From a virus (Duplodnaviria; Caudoviricetes): a DNA stretch of 64,000 bases. The notes under the pieces are model-generated. The model worked only from the letters and a program-made list of their open reading frames with translations, did not search any database and was not told the origin of the DNA. The DNA is taken from the IMG/VR virus record IMGVR_UViG_3300011006_000010, positions 32,001 to 96,000 of that record. One strand, 5' to 3'. Positions within the stretch are counted from its first letter, which is position 1. Every line of letters starts with the position of its first letter. A program made the position numbers and the translations under genes. This document shows positions 1 through 13,500 of the stretch, one piece after another.

Positions 1-1
1 T

Positions 2-3000
2 GGTGATAAGAAGATAGCAAATGTAACTGACACAAAGAATGGTTATATGTATGGCAGTGCCAAGTATGGACAGCATAGTATCGTAGCAGAGACCAGACAA
101 TATCTACAAGATGTTGCGGATCTAAATGTTGAATTTAGCCAGGAAGTTCAAGATGACTTAGATAAGAGAAAAGAGAATTTGACTGACTGGTCGATGGATC
201 TTCAGGATATGCTGAGCAATCAGCAGGCTGCTTATGACGAAGCTATTACAACTAGTGAATCTAGTAGAACAAAAGCTCAAAGAGAAGCAATTGAAAATTA
301 CTCTGAAACACTTAAGATGTATAACGAAATTGCTAAGACTCTTGATTCAGATAGTTTCTGGCAGAATCAACTAACGAATGCAGTAAGCGATGCGTCTGTT
401 GGTGATTTTGTTACTAAGCTGATTGATAAAGCACATAAATACAGCACCAATCAAGATTTCTTTGACTGGGCATCTACTCAAACTGGCTTCCAGGATCTTG
501 AAGTTTTTGCTCAAAATGCTGGTATTAGCATTGATGAACTCACAGAACAGATTTATGCAAGTGAGCGATCTTTAGATTCATGGGCTTTAAAGATTGAAGG
601 CAACGAATCTAGAATTGAAACATTATCTACTACGACTTTGGATTGGTCTAGCAAGCTAGGAGCACAGCTAAAGACTGTTAGCGAAGCTGTTGGCTCAGCG
701 AGCGGATTAACTGCAGAAGCCATTGAAGAAATCGAAAATTTGTATGAAGGATTAGATAGTTATGATGCTTCTACCTTATTTGAAGACACGATTTCAGGTG
801 TGCGTGTTAATACGGAAGCTCTAGCTAAATTAAATAAAGAGTATGATAAATCACAAATCGGTAAATATAACGATGAGATTAAATCTCTTGAAGAGCAGTA
901 CCGCAAAATCTCTATTGCCATTGGAGAGGCTAAAGTTGGCACTGCGGAATATAATGATTTGCTCTCTCAAAGAACGGAGATCGCAGATCAAATTCAGAAT
1001 GTTAAACTTCTAAAATCAGAATATGAAGGCTTGCGTTCTGCTTATAGTCAATGGACTGAGGCATTGGATACGGATAATACTGGATCGGGATTTGATAAGA
1101 TCAGTGAGACTCTTGAATCCATGAAGGAACTTCGTACTGATGGATTGGTTGGCACAGACGATTTCAAGACTTTCCTAAAACTGATTGCTAGTGATAAAGA
1201 GCTAAAGAAAGCAGAAGAGAACTGGGGGGCTTTTGAAACATGGTCTAGTAAACAGTATGCTGAATTCTACGATAATAATATTAAGGCATTCAATAAATAC
1301 TTCAAAGACCAAGACAAAGGTACGGATAAGTTCCTTGCTGACCTTAAGAAGAAAGGTTATGCTGCTTTTAAGAATGGCATCTGGAGCTTTGACGGTGATG
1401 CTTCTGACATAGCTAAATCATTAGGCATTTCTGAAGACGCAGTCGTTCAGATGTTTGGTAAGCTTGAAGACTATGGATTCCATATTGACATGAGTGATTC
1501 AGAGTCTGAAATTCACAAGGCAATCAAAAAGACTGCTAAAACAGCAAAAAAAGATATTGAGTCAGCCAACAAAGATATCAACAAAGATATTAAAGATAAC
1601 AATAAGAAGTCGACAAATCAAACAAAAGATAACAATAAGGCTGCTGAAGATGCTATAAAAAAAGCAGCAAAGGCTATAAAAGGTCGTAAGGATGGAGCTA
1701 CTACTAGAGAAGAAGAGACGACATCTAAAGAGCAGAAGCAAAAGGCTGAAGAAAAGACTTACGTCGCTTCAGAAAAACGCAAAGCAGAAGCTAAAGCCAA
1801 GATTGAAAAAGAACAGAAACTTGCCGAAGCAAAGGCTCAAAGAGCTAAAGATAAAGAAGCTGGCAAGTCTGTTAGCTACGATTATCTCGAAGATGATCTG
1901 AAAGATATCGATAAATTAAAGCTTGAAAATATAGATAAACTGAGTGACAAGAAAGCTTACAAGAAAGCTAAAAAAGGCATTACTGAAATATCTGACGCTA
2001 TGAAAGATATGGAGGAAATGGGCGATCAGGATACAGATATCTATAAGAATCTTGAAAAAGAGAAGAAAGCTTTAGAACGTCTTACTGCCGCTTATGAATC
2101 TGCGAAAGCGAAAAAGAGCGATTTTGCAGCTATAGATTTATCTGATGATGATTCTATTGCCGGATTAAATAGTGCTTTAGACGAACTTAAAAAGAATGAA
2201 AATATAACCGATTTATTATCTAATTTCACAATTGATGGTGTTTTAAACACTGATGATATTAATAGTGCAGAAAAAGATCTTAATACTATTTCTGATGTTA
2301 TCAAAGAGCTTGGCGGTTCAGAGAAGAAACCAATCGAAATTGGAAAGGTTGAAGGCGCAGAGGAAGCTAACGAAATTCTTCAGGCTATAATTACTAAAAA
2401 ACTCGAACTTGAAGAACCGACCATAATGAAGGTAGACAAAGGCGGTTTGGACAATGAGCAGGCTTCTATTATTGGCGACCTGCAAGACATTCAGACTGCT
2501 GCGGATCAGCTTGACAGACTTGAGATGACCAAGAAAGCTGGAATTAAAGTCGACCCTTCTGAAATTAAAAATGCCGAGAGTGCATTAAAATCAGCTATCG
2601 AACAATATAACAACAATCCTAATAGTGAATTAAAGACCAAATTGGGGTTGGATACAAATATCGACACTGAAACTGCGAAGTCAGAAATTCAGTCTAAGCT
2701 CAACAGCATTGATGCCAAAGTGCTCGCTAAGATTGGCATTGACGATAGTGATTTCAAAGAATCCTATCAGACCGATGCGACCGTTTCATATAGCACCGAC
2801 CCTAATTCTCCAGTATATCAATGGACTGCTCCGTCAAAAACGGGCAAGGTTTCATATGGTGTAAACAAAGATAAGTCGGATGCAAACTTGAAATCATATA
2901 CTCCGCCTCAATTAACTGGCAAAGTAAAATATGTTGCTAAGAGTGATGCTATTGGTCAAAACCAAACTACCATTAAAGGTCGCAATATTTTAAGAGGCGC

Positions 3001-6000
3001 CGCTTATGCAAAAGGAACCCCTTCTCTTGTTGGAGAAGAAGGTGCGGAAATTGTAGTAAGAGGCGATGAGTGGTTTACTGTAGGCGATCGTGGTGCTGAA
3101 TTCTTTGCAATCCAGGACGATGACATTGTGTTTACTGCAAGTCAAACAAAGTCTCTTTTAGCAAAAGGTGCCACAAATGGTCGAGGAAAGAAAAAGTCAC
3201 CGGCATTTGCTTCGGGTTCAGGTTCCAAAGTTGGGACATCATCTTCGTCCAAGAAGTCCACTTCTTCTAGTACTTCTAAGAGTACTTCTAACAAGAGTTC
3301 TAGTAAAAAGAAATCTTCTAAGAAGAAGTCAAGCAAGAGTAAAACGTATTTCGATTGGATAGAGAGGAAGATAAAGGCTGTTCAGGATCAATTAGATATT
3401 TTAAGTGCCAAGAAAGACAATGTCTATGATTCTTGGTCTGTTAGAAACGCAGCTTTATCTGAAGAATTGAATTATCTTAAAAAGCAATATGACAATCAGA
3501 TTGCTGCCGCAGATGCTTATTTGAAGGCTGCTAAAAATGTTGGTTTGTCAAGTGCATACGTTACAAAAATTCAAAATGGCACATTGTCTATTCAAGGTAT
3601 CAAGAGCCAAAAGACGATTGATAAGATCAACAAATATCAAGAATACTGGGATAATTACAAGAGTGCCCTTCTTGAAGCGCAGCAGATCCAAAAAGAAATT
3701 GATGATGATTTGGCTGAACAGTTTGCCAATATTAAACAACAATATGACGATCTTAATACTGCTCTGCAGGACAATAATGATCTGCTCGAAGCTCAGGGCG
3801 ATTTATGGCAGTATATTGGAGTTGCTGGTGATAAGGCTAATCTCGATTATTTAAATAATCAGATAGACAATAATAGAAAAATCTTAGAGAATCTTAATAA
3901 AGAATATGCTGAACTATATGACAAGTTAAAAGAAATTACGAATGATGATGATCCGTTAAACTATATCAATTCAACTTCTGAAGGATATGCAAGTTTAAAA
4001 TCTGAATTAGATGGAGTTAATACTGAAATCGTTGAGATGGCATCTGCAATTAGCGAATTGACTAAAGACAAGTTTGACGCCGTTGCTGACGAATTTGAAT
4101 TGAGGTTGGACTATGTTGAGTCTAAGGCGGATCTGGTTAACAGTCTAATGGATTTGGCTGAAACTCAAGGTTATATATCCACAACGAAATATTACGAGGC
4201 TCTGATTGATTTATCTGGCGAAACCATCGAAAAGATGGAATTAGAGAAAAAGAGTCTTGAAGATGCTTTAACTTCTGCCGTATTAGACAAGTCTATCGCT
4301 ATGTATTCTCAGGCTTGGTATGAAATGCTGAATGAAATTCAAAGTGTTAATAATGAAATTATTAGTGCAAAAGAAGAAATGGCGGATTTCAATCAGGAGC
4401 TTAAAGAAGTTTCATGGGATAAATTCGAAAGACTTGAAGATAGTATAGATAATTTCATTGATGAGCTAGAGATGTTCTTTGATTTATTTGAATCGAATGA
4501 TAATATCTTTGATGACAATGGAGCTTTTACTGCTGAGGGATTAGCTGCATTAGGTACTAGAGTATCAATTTATAGAACTTACGCCGAACAGGTCAAGGAA
4601 TATTCTGATGCTCTTGAAGCTTTAAACGAACAGTATAAAGATGATCCATTAAACATAAACTATCTTGACAAGAGAGCAGAACTGCTGCAAAGCCAAAGAG
4701 ATGCAATTAAGAATGCTCAAGATGAGAAAGAGTCAATTAAAGATTTGATTGAAGACGGCTATGATAAACAACTAGACGCTCTTCAGGATTTGATTGATGC
4801 AAGAAAAGAAGCTCTTGAAGATGAAAAAGACGCCTATGAGTATCAAAAGGATATTGCAGAGAAGACTCGTGAGGTTGTAAGATATCAACGTCAGCTGTTA
4901 GCCTATAGTGGAGATACTTCTGAAGAAGGCAGACTCAATGCTCAGAATGCTAGAACAAATCTCCGTGAAGCTCAAGATGATTTAAGAGAAACTCAATGGG
5001 ATAAATACATTGAGGACACTGAAAAGATCCTTGATGAATTATATGACGATGTTGAAGACTGGATCAATAAGCGCTTGGATAATCTTGAAGGCATTCTTCA
5101 GGATGCAATTGAAACCGTTGACACAAACTCGCAAAATATTGCTGCTACAATCACAGAGAAGGCAGACGAGGTTGGATATTCAATCACAAATGAGCTGGAT
5201 GCTATGTTGACTGATTATACTGTTAGCAATTATCAGAATGGTGTTACTAGTGCCTTGTCAACTATTATAGATTTAATAGCTAGATTGAAGATTGCAGCAG
5301 ATAATAATGCTGATTCTAATATGGCTAATAACAACATAGAGAATTATGTTAGCAATCAGGGGCAGGCTTTGGCAGATAAAAATGCCGCAGACGCCGCAGC
5401 AGCAGCCGCTGCCGCAGCAAGCGCTACTACAACAAGTGCCACTAGCGAACCATCTAATAGCACGGATGATAGCACTCCTACTTGGGACTCAGTTCAGGCA
5501 AAAGCTAAGAGCGGTTTGATTCTAAGCGGAACAAAACTTGGCGGAACAACATTTACAGATGCAGAGGTTTCTGTCCTTAAAGCTAATAAAGGCAAGCAGG
5601 TTCTTTATGCAAATGGCAGTGGTGGTTATTATGATGCTACAATCTCTGGCGAAGGAAACTTGTATTATAATAGCAAGGGAACGGTTTATAGATATAATGC
5701 CTCAACTGGTAAAGTGTCGGTTCCTGTTAAATACAAATTAGCAAACTATAAGAAACTTGCTAATAAAGGCAAGGTCGGTTCTATTAGTGCTGCAAATGTA
5801 TGGAAAGAATATAAGGAAGCGTTACATTCTCGTGGCATCAAAGGTTATTCTCGTGGTGGTATTGTGGGTAATCCTGAAGCATTGCTGAAATTAAATGGTG
5901 ATGATCAGTTTACTATCAATACGCTTAAGACTGGAGAATCTGTGTTTGATGTTGCAACTACTAAAGTATTGCAGACGTTTAATAAGCAAGCTCCTATTCT

Positions 6001-6238
6001 GCAGGATTTGATAAGCGCTGCTGATAGAATCACCACTATTCCGCAAATTGCAATGGGCGCAGGAACAAACATTGATAATATTAGTCTCGTTCTTAATCTT
6101 CCTAACGTTAAGAATTATGAAGAATTCAAGAACTCATTGATTTCTGACAAGAAATTTAACAACGCGGTATTTGATGCTGTTAATACGGCTATTACTGGCA
6201 AAGGTAATAGCTTGTCAAGAAATAAATATAAACGATAA
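2..6238 (+). CDS. Tail tape-measure protein (5' end lies outside the window)
   Basis: Frame is open from base 2. More than 2000 aa, mostly helical/coiled-coil, with the TMP-typical 'LVGEEGAEIV' motif and a Ser/Lys linker; it precedes Dit and tail genes. Confidence 0.85.
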   Translation, partial: GDKKIANVTDTKNGYMYGSAKYGQHSIVAETRQYLQDVADLNVEFSQEVQDDLDKRKENLTDWSMDLQDMLSNQQAAYDEAITTSESSRTKAQREAIENYSETLKMYNEIAKTLDSDSFWQNQLTNAVSDASVGDFVTKLIDKAHKYSTNQDFFDWASTQTGFQDLEVFAQNAGISIDELTEQIYASERSLDSWALKIEGNESRIETLSTTTLDWSSKLGAQLKTVSEAVGSASGLTAEAIEEIENLYEGLDSYDASTLFEDTISGVRVNTEALAKLNKEYDKSQIGKYNDEIKSLEEQYRKISIAIGEAKVGTAEYNDLLSQRTEIADQIQNVKLLKSEYEGLRSAYSQWTEALDTDNTGSGFDKISETLESMKELRTDGLVGTDDFKTFLKLIASDKELKKAEENWGAFETWSSKQYAEFYDNNIKAFNKYFKDQDKGTDKFLADLKKKGYAAFKNGIWSFDGDASDIAKSLGISEDAVVQMFGKLEDYGFHIDMSDSESEIHKAIKKTAKTAKKDIESANKDINKDIKDNNKKSTNQTKDNNKAAEDAIKKAAKAIKGRKDGATTREEETTSKEQKQKAEEKTYVASEKRKAEAKAKIEKEQKLAEAKAQRAKDKEAGKSVSYDYLEDDLKDIDKLKLENIDKLSDKKAYKKAKKGITEISDAMKDMEEMGDQDTDIYKNLEKEKKALERLTAAYESAKAKKSDFAAIDLSDDDSIAGLNSALDELKKNENITDLLSNFTIDGVLNTDDINSAEKDLNTISDVIKELGGSEKKPIEIGKVEGAEEANEILQAIITKKLELEEPTIMKVDKGGLDNEQASIIGDLQDIQTAADQLDRLEMTKKAGIKVDPSEIKNAESALKSAIEQYNNNPNSELKTKLGLDTNIDTETAKSEIQSKLNSIDAKVLAKIGIDDSDFKESYQTDATVSYSTDPNSPVYQWTAPSKTGKVSYGVNKDKSDANLKSYTPPQLTGKVKYVAKSDAIGQNQTTIKGRNILRGAAYAKGTPSLVGEEGAEIVVRGDEWFTVGDRGAEFFAIQDDDIVFTASQTKSLLAKGATNGRGKKKSPAFASGSGSKVGTSSSSKKSTSSSTSKSTSNKSSSKKKSSKKKSSKSKTYFDWIERKIKAVQDQLDILSAKKDNVYDSWSVRNAALSEELNYLKKQYDNQIAAADAYLKAAKNVGLSSAYVTKIQNGTLSIQGIKSQKTIDKINKYQEYWDNYKSALLEAQQIQKEIDDDLAEQFANIKQQYDDLNTALQDNNDLLEAQGDLWQYIGVAGDKANLDYLNNQIDNNRKILENLNKEYAELYDKLKEITNDDDPLNYINSTSEGYASLKSELDGVNTEIVEMASAISELTKDKFDAVADEFELRLDYVESKADLVNSLMDLAETQGYISTTKYYEALIDLSGETIEKMELEKKSLEDALTSAVLDKSIAMYSQAWYEMLNEIQSVNNEIISAKEEMADFNQELKEVSWDKFERLEDSIDNFIDELEMFFDLFESNDNIFDDNGAFTAEGLAALGTRVSIYRTYAEQVKEYSDALEALNEQYKDDPLNINYLDKRAELLQSQRDAIKNAQDEKESIKDLIEDGYDKQLDALQDLIDARKEALEDEKDAYEYQKDIAEKTREVVRYQRQLLAYSGDTSEEGRLNAQNARTNLREAQDDLRETQWDKYIEDTEKILDELYDDVEDWINKRLDNLEGILQDAIETVDTNSQNIAATITEKADEVGYSITNELDAMLTDYTVSNYQNGVTSALSTIIDLIARLKIAADNNADSNMANNNIENYVSNQGQALADKNAADAAAAAAAAASATTTSATSEPSNSTDDSTPTWDSVQAKAKSGLILSGTKLGGTTFTDAEVSVLKANKGKQVLYANGSGGYYDATISGEGNLYYNSKGTVYRYNASTGKVSVPVKYKLANYKKLANKGKVGSISAANVWKEYKEALHSRGIKGYSRGGIVGNPEALLKLNGDDQFTINTLKTGESVFDVATTKVLQTFNKQAPILQDLISAADRITTIPQIAMGAGTNIDNISLVLNLPNVKNYEEFKNSLISDKKFNNAVFDAVNTAITGKGNSLSRNKYKR

Positions 6239-6261
6239 TAAGGATTAAATAGGATGAATAT

Positions 6262-6299
6262 TAAATAAGAGAGGATTGATTTCCTCTCTTATTTATTTT
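6262..6299 (+). terminator. Intrinsic terminator-like hairpin after the tape measure gene
   Basis: 14-bp perfect stem TAAATAAGAGAGGA/TCCTCTCTTATTTA followed by TTTT. Confidence 0.7.
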
Positions 6300-6657
6300 G
6301 ATTTGGATAAATACTATGAAGAAAAAAGAAAATAAGAAATCGCAAAAAGCCGTCAAGAAGCTAGAAGCAAGAATTGATGAGCTTATTGCTGAAAACACTC
6401 AATTGAAACTAGATATCGAGTTAAATGATATATCTGCCAAAAAGGCTCAAGAAATGATCAAACAGCTCAAAGCCAAAGAGAAGTTATTAGACGAATCCTT
6501 ATCTAATACTAAACGTGTCAAATCTGAATATGAGGAGCTTTTGGCAGAGAATAAAAATATCAATAGCGAGATTAAAGATATAAAAGCTCAGATACAACAA
6601 GCATCTGATGAGTTAAATCAGGTGTTGCAAGATAGTAAAAATTTATTTAAAACATAG
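6298..6657 (+). CDS. Hypothetical coiled-coil protein (start may be ATG 6316)
   Basis: 119-aa ORF with heptad, K/E-rich composition. Confidence 0.6.
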   Translation: MIWINTMKKKENKKSQKAVKKLEARIDELIAENTQLKLDIELNDISAKKAQEMIKQLKAKEKLLDESLSNTKRVKSEYEELLAENKNINSEIKDIKAQIQQASDELNQVLQDSKNLFKT

Positions 6658-6671
6658 GGAGGTGAATCAAA

Positions 6672-7490
6672 TTGTACTATAACTTTAGTTTTAATGGTGT
6701 TGAGGGAGAAGATTATAATGTGCAGATCGGCTTTATTGATTCTGCGCCTTCTGACGAAGGGCTTGTTATTTCTCGTACATTGAATGATGTAAGACAAAAG
6801 AATACAAATTCTTTCTATATGACATCAAGTACAATTGATGAACCATTGGTTTTGCAGATTGATATCATTAGATATCAATGCAACGATGGGAGATATGAAT
6901 TTACCTATGAAGAAATGAGAAGTATTTTGGCTTGGCTTAGAAGCAAAGAAAACGGAGAATTAGTCATTCATCGTTCTTTGGGAAGTGATGCACATATCTT
7001 TGGTACGTTCTATGAAATTACAGAGAAGAATGCTGGAGCTATGCATCTTGGATATACAATGAGCTTTAGAGCTACTTCTCCATATGTATTTGGAGATGAG
7101 CAGATTGAAACATTCGAGAATCGAAGATTGTTTACGCTTCATATTCCTCGTGATTATTATGCAGACAGAGATTATCTCTGTCCTATTATTATAGTCACCC
7201 CAAAAACAAGCGGAGATCTAAGGATCTCTTGCACAGATTGGGATGAAGATTTGGAATTAGAAGAATCAATTGCCGATGAAAATATTACTTTGAATAGCAA
7301 GTATGAATTATTTTCTAGTGATAATAGCACTAGCAACGAAACTCTTTATAAGCGTTTCAATTATGTCTTCCCTCTTCTTTACACAGACCGTACGGTCACA
7401 AGTACAACAATTTCTCTTACAACAAATATCAATTGTGATATGACAGTAAAATATATTCCTCTCATGTTGCCTGTAGGAATTTTTAATTAG
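6672..7490 (+). CDS. Distal tail (Dit)-like protein
   Basis: Lies between TMP and Tal; 'FSFNG' start and 'FRATSPY' motif typical of Dit; GGAGGT RBS. Confidence 0.7.
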   Translation: MYYNFSFNGVEGEDYNVQIGFIDSAPSDEGLVISRTLNDVRQKNTNSFYMTSSTIDEPLVLQIDIIRYQCNDGRYEFTYEEMRSILAWLRSKENGELVIHRSLGSDAHIFGTFYEITEKNAGAMHLGYTMSFRATSPYVFGDEQIETFENRRLFTLHIPRDYYADRDYLCPIIIVTPKTSGDLRISCTDWDEDLELEESIADENITLNSKYELFSSDNSTSNETLYKRFNYVFPLLYTDRTVTSTTISLTTNINCDMTVKYIPLMLPVGIFN

Positions 7491-7502
7491 TGAGGTGTGA
7501 TA

Positions 7503-10500
7503 ATGGCAAATCTATTAGTTAACAAGAATGGTAATGTCAGTGCACCAACTATTATCATGTCCAATAAGTCATTGGAAAAGTTGGGAACTATTTCTTATGA
7601 CCATACTTCTTTTGAATATACAAAAAATATTGGGTATAGTGAAGCAAGTTTTGTCGTATACAAAAAGTGGATTGACGATATGGGTAACGAGATTGAATGT
7701 CAGTTTTGGGATGCTCTAACTGATCTTTCTGTTATTTTTATAAAGGATTACAATGAATATTTTGAAGCTGAAATCAGCTTGACTGAATCAGAACATATAA
7801 ATAAAACGGTGACTTTAACTAGCCTGCACGTAGCAGAATTGAGTCAAATTAATGCGTACGTAGAAGTTAACACAGAAGAAGACATTGATCGAGATGACTA
7901 CCTCTACCCTACTGTTTTTTACAATCCAGAGGACGCTAGTGTGTCTTTGCTCAACAGGCTGCTAGATGAGAGAGCACCGCATTATACAATCGGTTCTGTC
8001 CCTACGACATTGAGAAATATTCAAAGAACATTCTCTTGGAGTGGTACTTCAATTTGGGATGCCATGAATGAAATCGAAACAGAGATTGGATGTAAATTCT
8101 TAATTGAAGGCAGGACGATCAATGTTGTTGACATGATGACTACATGCAATGAGTGTGGTTATCGTGGTGACTTTTTGGGCGAATGTCCAAAGTGCGGAAG
8201 TGCGAATGTAACTATGCCTTATGGCAAGTTTACAAATATCTTTGTCTCTAGAGAAAATCTTAGTGAGGACATTACTCTTACTACCGAAGATTCTGAAATG
8301 AAGAATTGCTTCAGACTTGAGGCTGGAGACGAAGATATGACTTCAACCGTAATCAACCTAAATCCATCAGGATCGAGATATATTTATTATTTTAGTGACA
8401 AAATGAAAAGCATGATCTCTGATGATTTAAGAAATGCGTTAGATAGCTATGAATCCGATTATGAAAGTTATCGTACAAGATCATATTCACTTGATGCTAC
8501 GCATTCGTCAGCATACGACAATCTTGTCACAAAATACAATGATGGCGAATATTCAGCGTATGTGTATAATGATGAGAATGAGCGAGTTTTACAGGTTAAC
8601 ACATATAAAACTACCGACACTTTAACTTCTCATGAAAACTTGATTGCCTTCTATTATGATGCTTCAGATTTCTATGGATATCTCGAATCAACTTTGATGC
8701 CATCAGTAGAACGGGATATTGATACGGCTGCTGGACAGCTGGCTAGAATCGTATCTTATGTCGGTGATGTTGCGATCAGCAATTATGACGCAACTAGAAC
8801 TAGTAATGAAACTGTTGCCAGTTCTGTTAAGATGATATGTTCAGCAGTATTAACAGGAGCATTTAAAGTAAGTGTTACTTGTACGAAGACTCTAGTTGAT
8901 GATGTTTATGATGCCGAAGTAACTGTCACAAGTTATAGAGATGATGAAGATGTTGCTACAGATACAATTCAGGTAACTGTGTCAAATGACTATCAACAGT
9001 CTTTTGTTCAGAAGCTGCAGAAAATAATGAGAGACATCTTAGATGATTCTAGTATTTATAATATCATTGACTATGATGAAGATGATCTTGAGTCTTTTGC
9101 AGATTATCTGAAACATTATAATTATAATGACTTAGACTCTTTTGAAAATGCTTATAGCGAAGCATTGTCTCTTATCGAACAAGAGGAAAACGATAATCTT
9201 TCTGAGATTGAGGCGAATTATCGTCAGAAATATAATTTAATTGCTGCTGAAAAGTCTTTAAGAGAAAGCGAAGTTGAAATCGTTGAGAACATTCTTGATG
9301 ATGTCGAGGAATTAATTAATGGTATTAGAACGGCTCTTGATATGAATACGAATTATCTTACAACAAAAGCACTGCAGGATGAATTCAATTCATATAGAAG
9401 AGAAGATGTTTATGAGAATGATAACTTTTCATCAGAAGGCTTAAGTGATGCAGAGCTTATTGCTAGGGCTGTTGAATTTTACAATCTTGCTCTTGAAGAA
9501 GTTGAAAATGCCACAAGGACTGTTTATAACATTTCTGCTACTTTGCATAATTTGTTGTTAATGCCAGAATTTGAGTCGTTGTGGGAAGATTTCGATGTGT
9601 GCAACTGGATTGCATTCAGGGTCGATGATAAAATCTTTAGACTTAGAATTCTTAATTACAATATTCAGTTTGATGAGAATTCCATTTCTGAAATTGACGT
9701 AGAATTCACAACTGCTACTGAAGGAAAAACTGCGAGTCTATTTGGTTACACACAGCAGATTCTTGATAGTGCGAAAAGCATGGCAACTAGCTTCCCTTAC
9801 ATTAAGTATCAAACGAAGATCAACAAAGTAAGCGTAGAAGATATAAATGCTTTAACCGCCCTTCTTAATGCTCAATTAACAGCAAAGAACAGTGATATTT
9901 CGGCTCTTACTTCTAGCAATATCGCCTTGAGCGGCGAGATCAACGCTTTGCAAGTTGAAAACCTGGATGTTACTGGAAGATTAACTGCTGCTGAAGCCGA
10001 CATCGATACTTTAGAAGCAGACAATGTAACTATCAATGAATCTTTAACTGCTCAAAATGCTTCTATTTCAAATCTTCAGGCTAATAAAGCGGATATTACA
10101 GATTTGACTGCTGCGACTGCTCGTATTGGGAGCCTTGAAACAAATTATGTAACCGTAACAGGTAGACTAGAAGCTGTAGAAGCTGATATTGGCGATTTGA
10201 CAGCAGACAATGTAACTATCAATGGCACTCTAACGGCACATCAAGGCGTCATTGACAACTTGGATACAAATTACGCACACATAACTAATGGCGTCATTGA
10301 CAATGCAACTATAGGTTATGCAGACGTTGATGGGTTAGATGCTAACTATGCACATATCACAAACGGTGTTATTGATACTGCGACCATTGATCAAGCTAAT
10401 GTCAATAATTTAAGTACTAACTACGCTCAGATCAATTTGGCGAATGTTAACAACGCCTGGATTGACAATGGTGTCATTAAGGACGCAGCTATTTCAGATG

Positions 10501-13500
10501 CGCAGATTATTGGCGTGTCTGCAAATAAATTAACTGCTGGCACTATAGATGCTTCAAACATTACAGTAACAAACCTTAACGCAAGCAATATTACAACTGG
10601 TAGTCTAACAGTTGATGGTATTACAATTGATGTTGAAAATAACGAAGCAAGCATTGATGGTGCTTACATTGAAGACGGTACAATCACATTAAATGGTTTG
10701 TCTCAGGATGTAAGAGATACTATTGATGGAGCAATTGAAACGTTTACAGGAACTGTAGTACCAACGCTTAATAACTCTCCCGCTTCTTCTTGGGAAACAG
10801 ATGCAGATAAGAGTAAGCATGTGGGCGATGTATACTATGTCGTTAATTCAGGAAATGCCGCTGATGGATATTGTTATAGATTTGCTTATGATAATACAAC
10901 TTCATCTTACGGTTGGATTCTTATCAAAGATAGTGATGTTACTGCAGCTCTTCAAAGACTTTTAGATGCTGAAGGAGACATCAGTAATCTTCAGACATTT
11001 GAATCTGAAACGTCTTCATGGATGAGCGATACTGACGATGCGTTGACAGCCATAAGAACTAATCATACGACTTTAGAAGGAGTTGTTAACAGAACTCTTG
11101 TTTCTACAACTCAATTGTGGTTTACAAAGGCTGATACAACTGCTCCTGATCAACCGACATCGCATGTGTCGTCTGACTCTACTAATGGCAATGCATGGAC
11201 GACTGCTGTGCCATCTTATAATTCCAGCTATCCAAATTACTTCTATTGCTATGAATGGGAATATGCAGATGGAACATATGGATGGTCTAGCGTTGTAAGA
11301 GACATTGGTATGGGAGAAACCCAAAGCACTGCAAGAACTGCGAGTTCAACTGCTTCAACTGCGTTGAGTAACGCAGCAACTGCGCAAAGTACTGCAGATG
11401 CAAATATCCAATCTAGTGTGCAATTATGGTTTACAAAGAATGATACTACTGCTCCAAATAAGCCATCAAGCCATGTGATAACCAATGATGCAACTGTATA
11501 TAATGCTTGGAATATTGCAGTTCCAACTTATAATTCCTCATATCCAAATTATTATTATTGCTATGAGTATTTAAAAGGCGATGGAACATATTCGTGGTCT
11601 GATGTTATTTATGACAGAGCCACCACGGAGAATCAGGCTAATGCTAGAAGCGCATTGACACAGGTTTCTACTAAAGTTGAGACTTCAACTTTCAATGAAT
11701 TGAGTCAGACCGTAGATGAAAATAGTGCTTCTATTACTTCATTGTCAACGGTAATTACAAATAATGGATTAACTGAATCTACAAATATTTCTAATACTGT
11801 TAATAGTGTGAGTCAGACTGCAAGTGGTAATTCAAGTAAGATTTCTAATCTTACGACTCTTCTTGGTACAAATGCCGATGGAACAACTGCGTCAAATGAT
11901 ATTGTTCATCAAGTGAGTGAAATTGATCAGGATTTAGATAGCATTACGACAAGAGTCGGCAAGACTGAAGTCCAGCTTAAGAGTCAATACGCCACATCCT
12001 CAACTGCAGCAGGAACTGCAGCTAAAGTAGCAACTATTACTCCTGCCATTAGCGGATATGAATTAGTTGCTGGAGAGACGATCACAGTTAAATTTATTAA
12101 TGAAAATACAACTGCCTCGCCAACTTTAAATGTGAATGGAACAGGTGCAAAAGCTATTAAAACTTATGCCAATGGAAATCTTTCAGAGGCGGAATATAAG
12201 TGGAAGGCTGGTTCGACGTTTACATTTACATACAATGGTACAAATTGGCTGATGCAGGATTCTAGCATTGCAATGCGCATTACATCTGCCGAATCATCAA
12301 TAACTCAAAATGCTAACAACATTGAATTGAAGGTTAGCGAATCTGATGTGACAGGTAATTACTTAATCGGTAAGATCAACTTAGACGCTACAACCGCTAC
12401 TATTGCTGCTGAGAGAGTTGACATTGCAGGAGCTGCAATTTTTAACAGTTATTCAACAACGGCAGAAATGGAGCAAGCTATCGAAGAAGCTGTTCCTACT
12501 ACTGTTGCAGAGTTAACAGACTCAGGCAATTACGCATTGACTAGTGAAATACCAACTAATGTTTCTGAATTAACAAATGATAGTGGTTATACAACGGCTA
12601 CTGCCGTAGCCAATACATATGGTTCTTCTATTAAAACCGAGACTGTTTTATATTATGCTTCTAATAGTACAACTGCTCCAAGTAAACCTACCGCTCATGT
12701 GACTGTTTCGAGTGCAAGTCAATATGGTAAATGGAATATTACGTTGCCAACTTATAGTGCAACCTATCCGTACCTATATACTTGTACAGAATTATTAACT
12801 GTGGCTGGCAATTATTCTTGGACTGGTGTTGAGCAGTCTAATTATACAGCTGCTATTTCTGCTATTAAAACAACTGCGGATGCTGCTGCTCCTAAAACAA
12901 GTGCAGTTTCTCAGGAACAGCGTGTATATTACAAATCAACAAGTACTACCGCTCCTTCTGCTCCTACATCGTCTTGGATATCAGAGACAGGTACGGTAAA
13001 TGAGGCATGGACAACAAAGAGAATGTCATACGATTCCAGTTATCCATATCTATATACGTGTATTCAGAAGCAGACTGTAAGTGGAACAGTTGCTTGTACG
13101 ACAGTCCTGCTTGACGATACAACTACTGTTATTGACGGTGGCAAGATAATTACTGGTTCTGTAACAGCTAATCAGTTGGCGGCTAACAGTATTACTACTG
13201 CAAAACTTGCAACAGATGCGATTAAATCAACTAATTACGCAGCTTCGGGTAATGCCGACTCTCCTTATAGTGCAACAGGAACTTTCCTTGATTTAACTAA
13301 TGGTAATATCTATACTCCGAATTTTGGATTGAACAATACAAGCGGAATGGCTTATTTCAATGGTCAGATAACCGCTTCTTCGGGACAGATCGGCACAGAT
13401 ACAGTTAACTATTGGGAGATTGGCACAAAGACAGATTATAACGGGTCTGACTCTGCGGCTTTAGTTGGACATGGCACTTCTTATATTCAAAGTGGAGATT

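Noticed and set aside
1530-5430. Lys/Ser/Ala low-complexity tracts in the tape measure gene as tandem repeats
   Set aside because: They are protein-level linkers with mixed codons, not DNA repeats.
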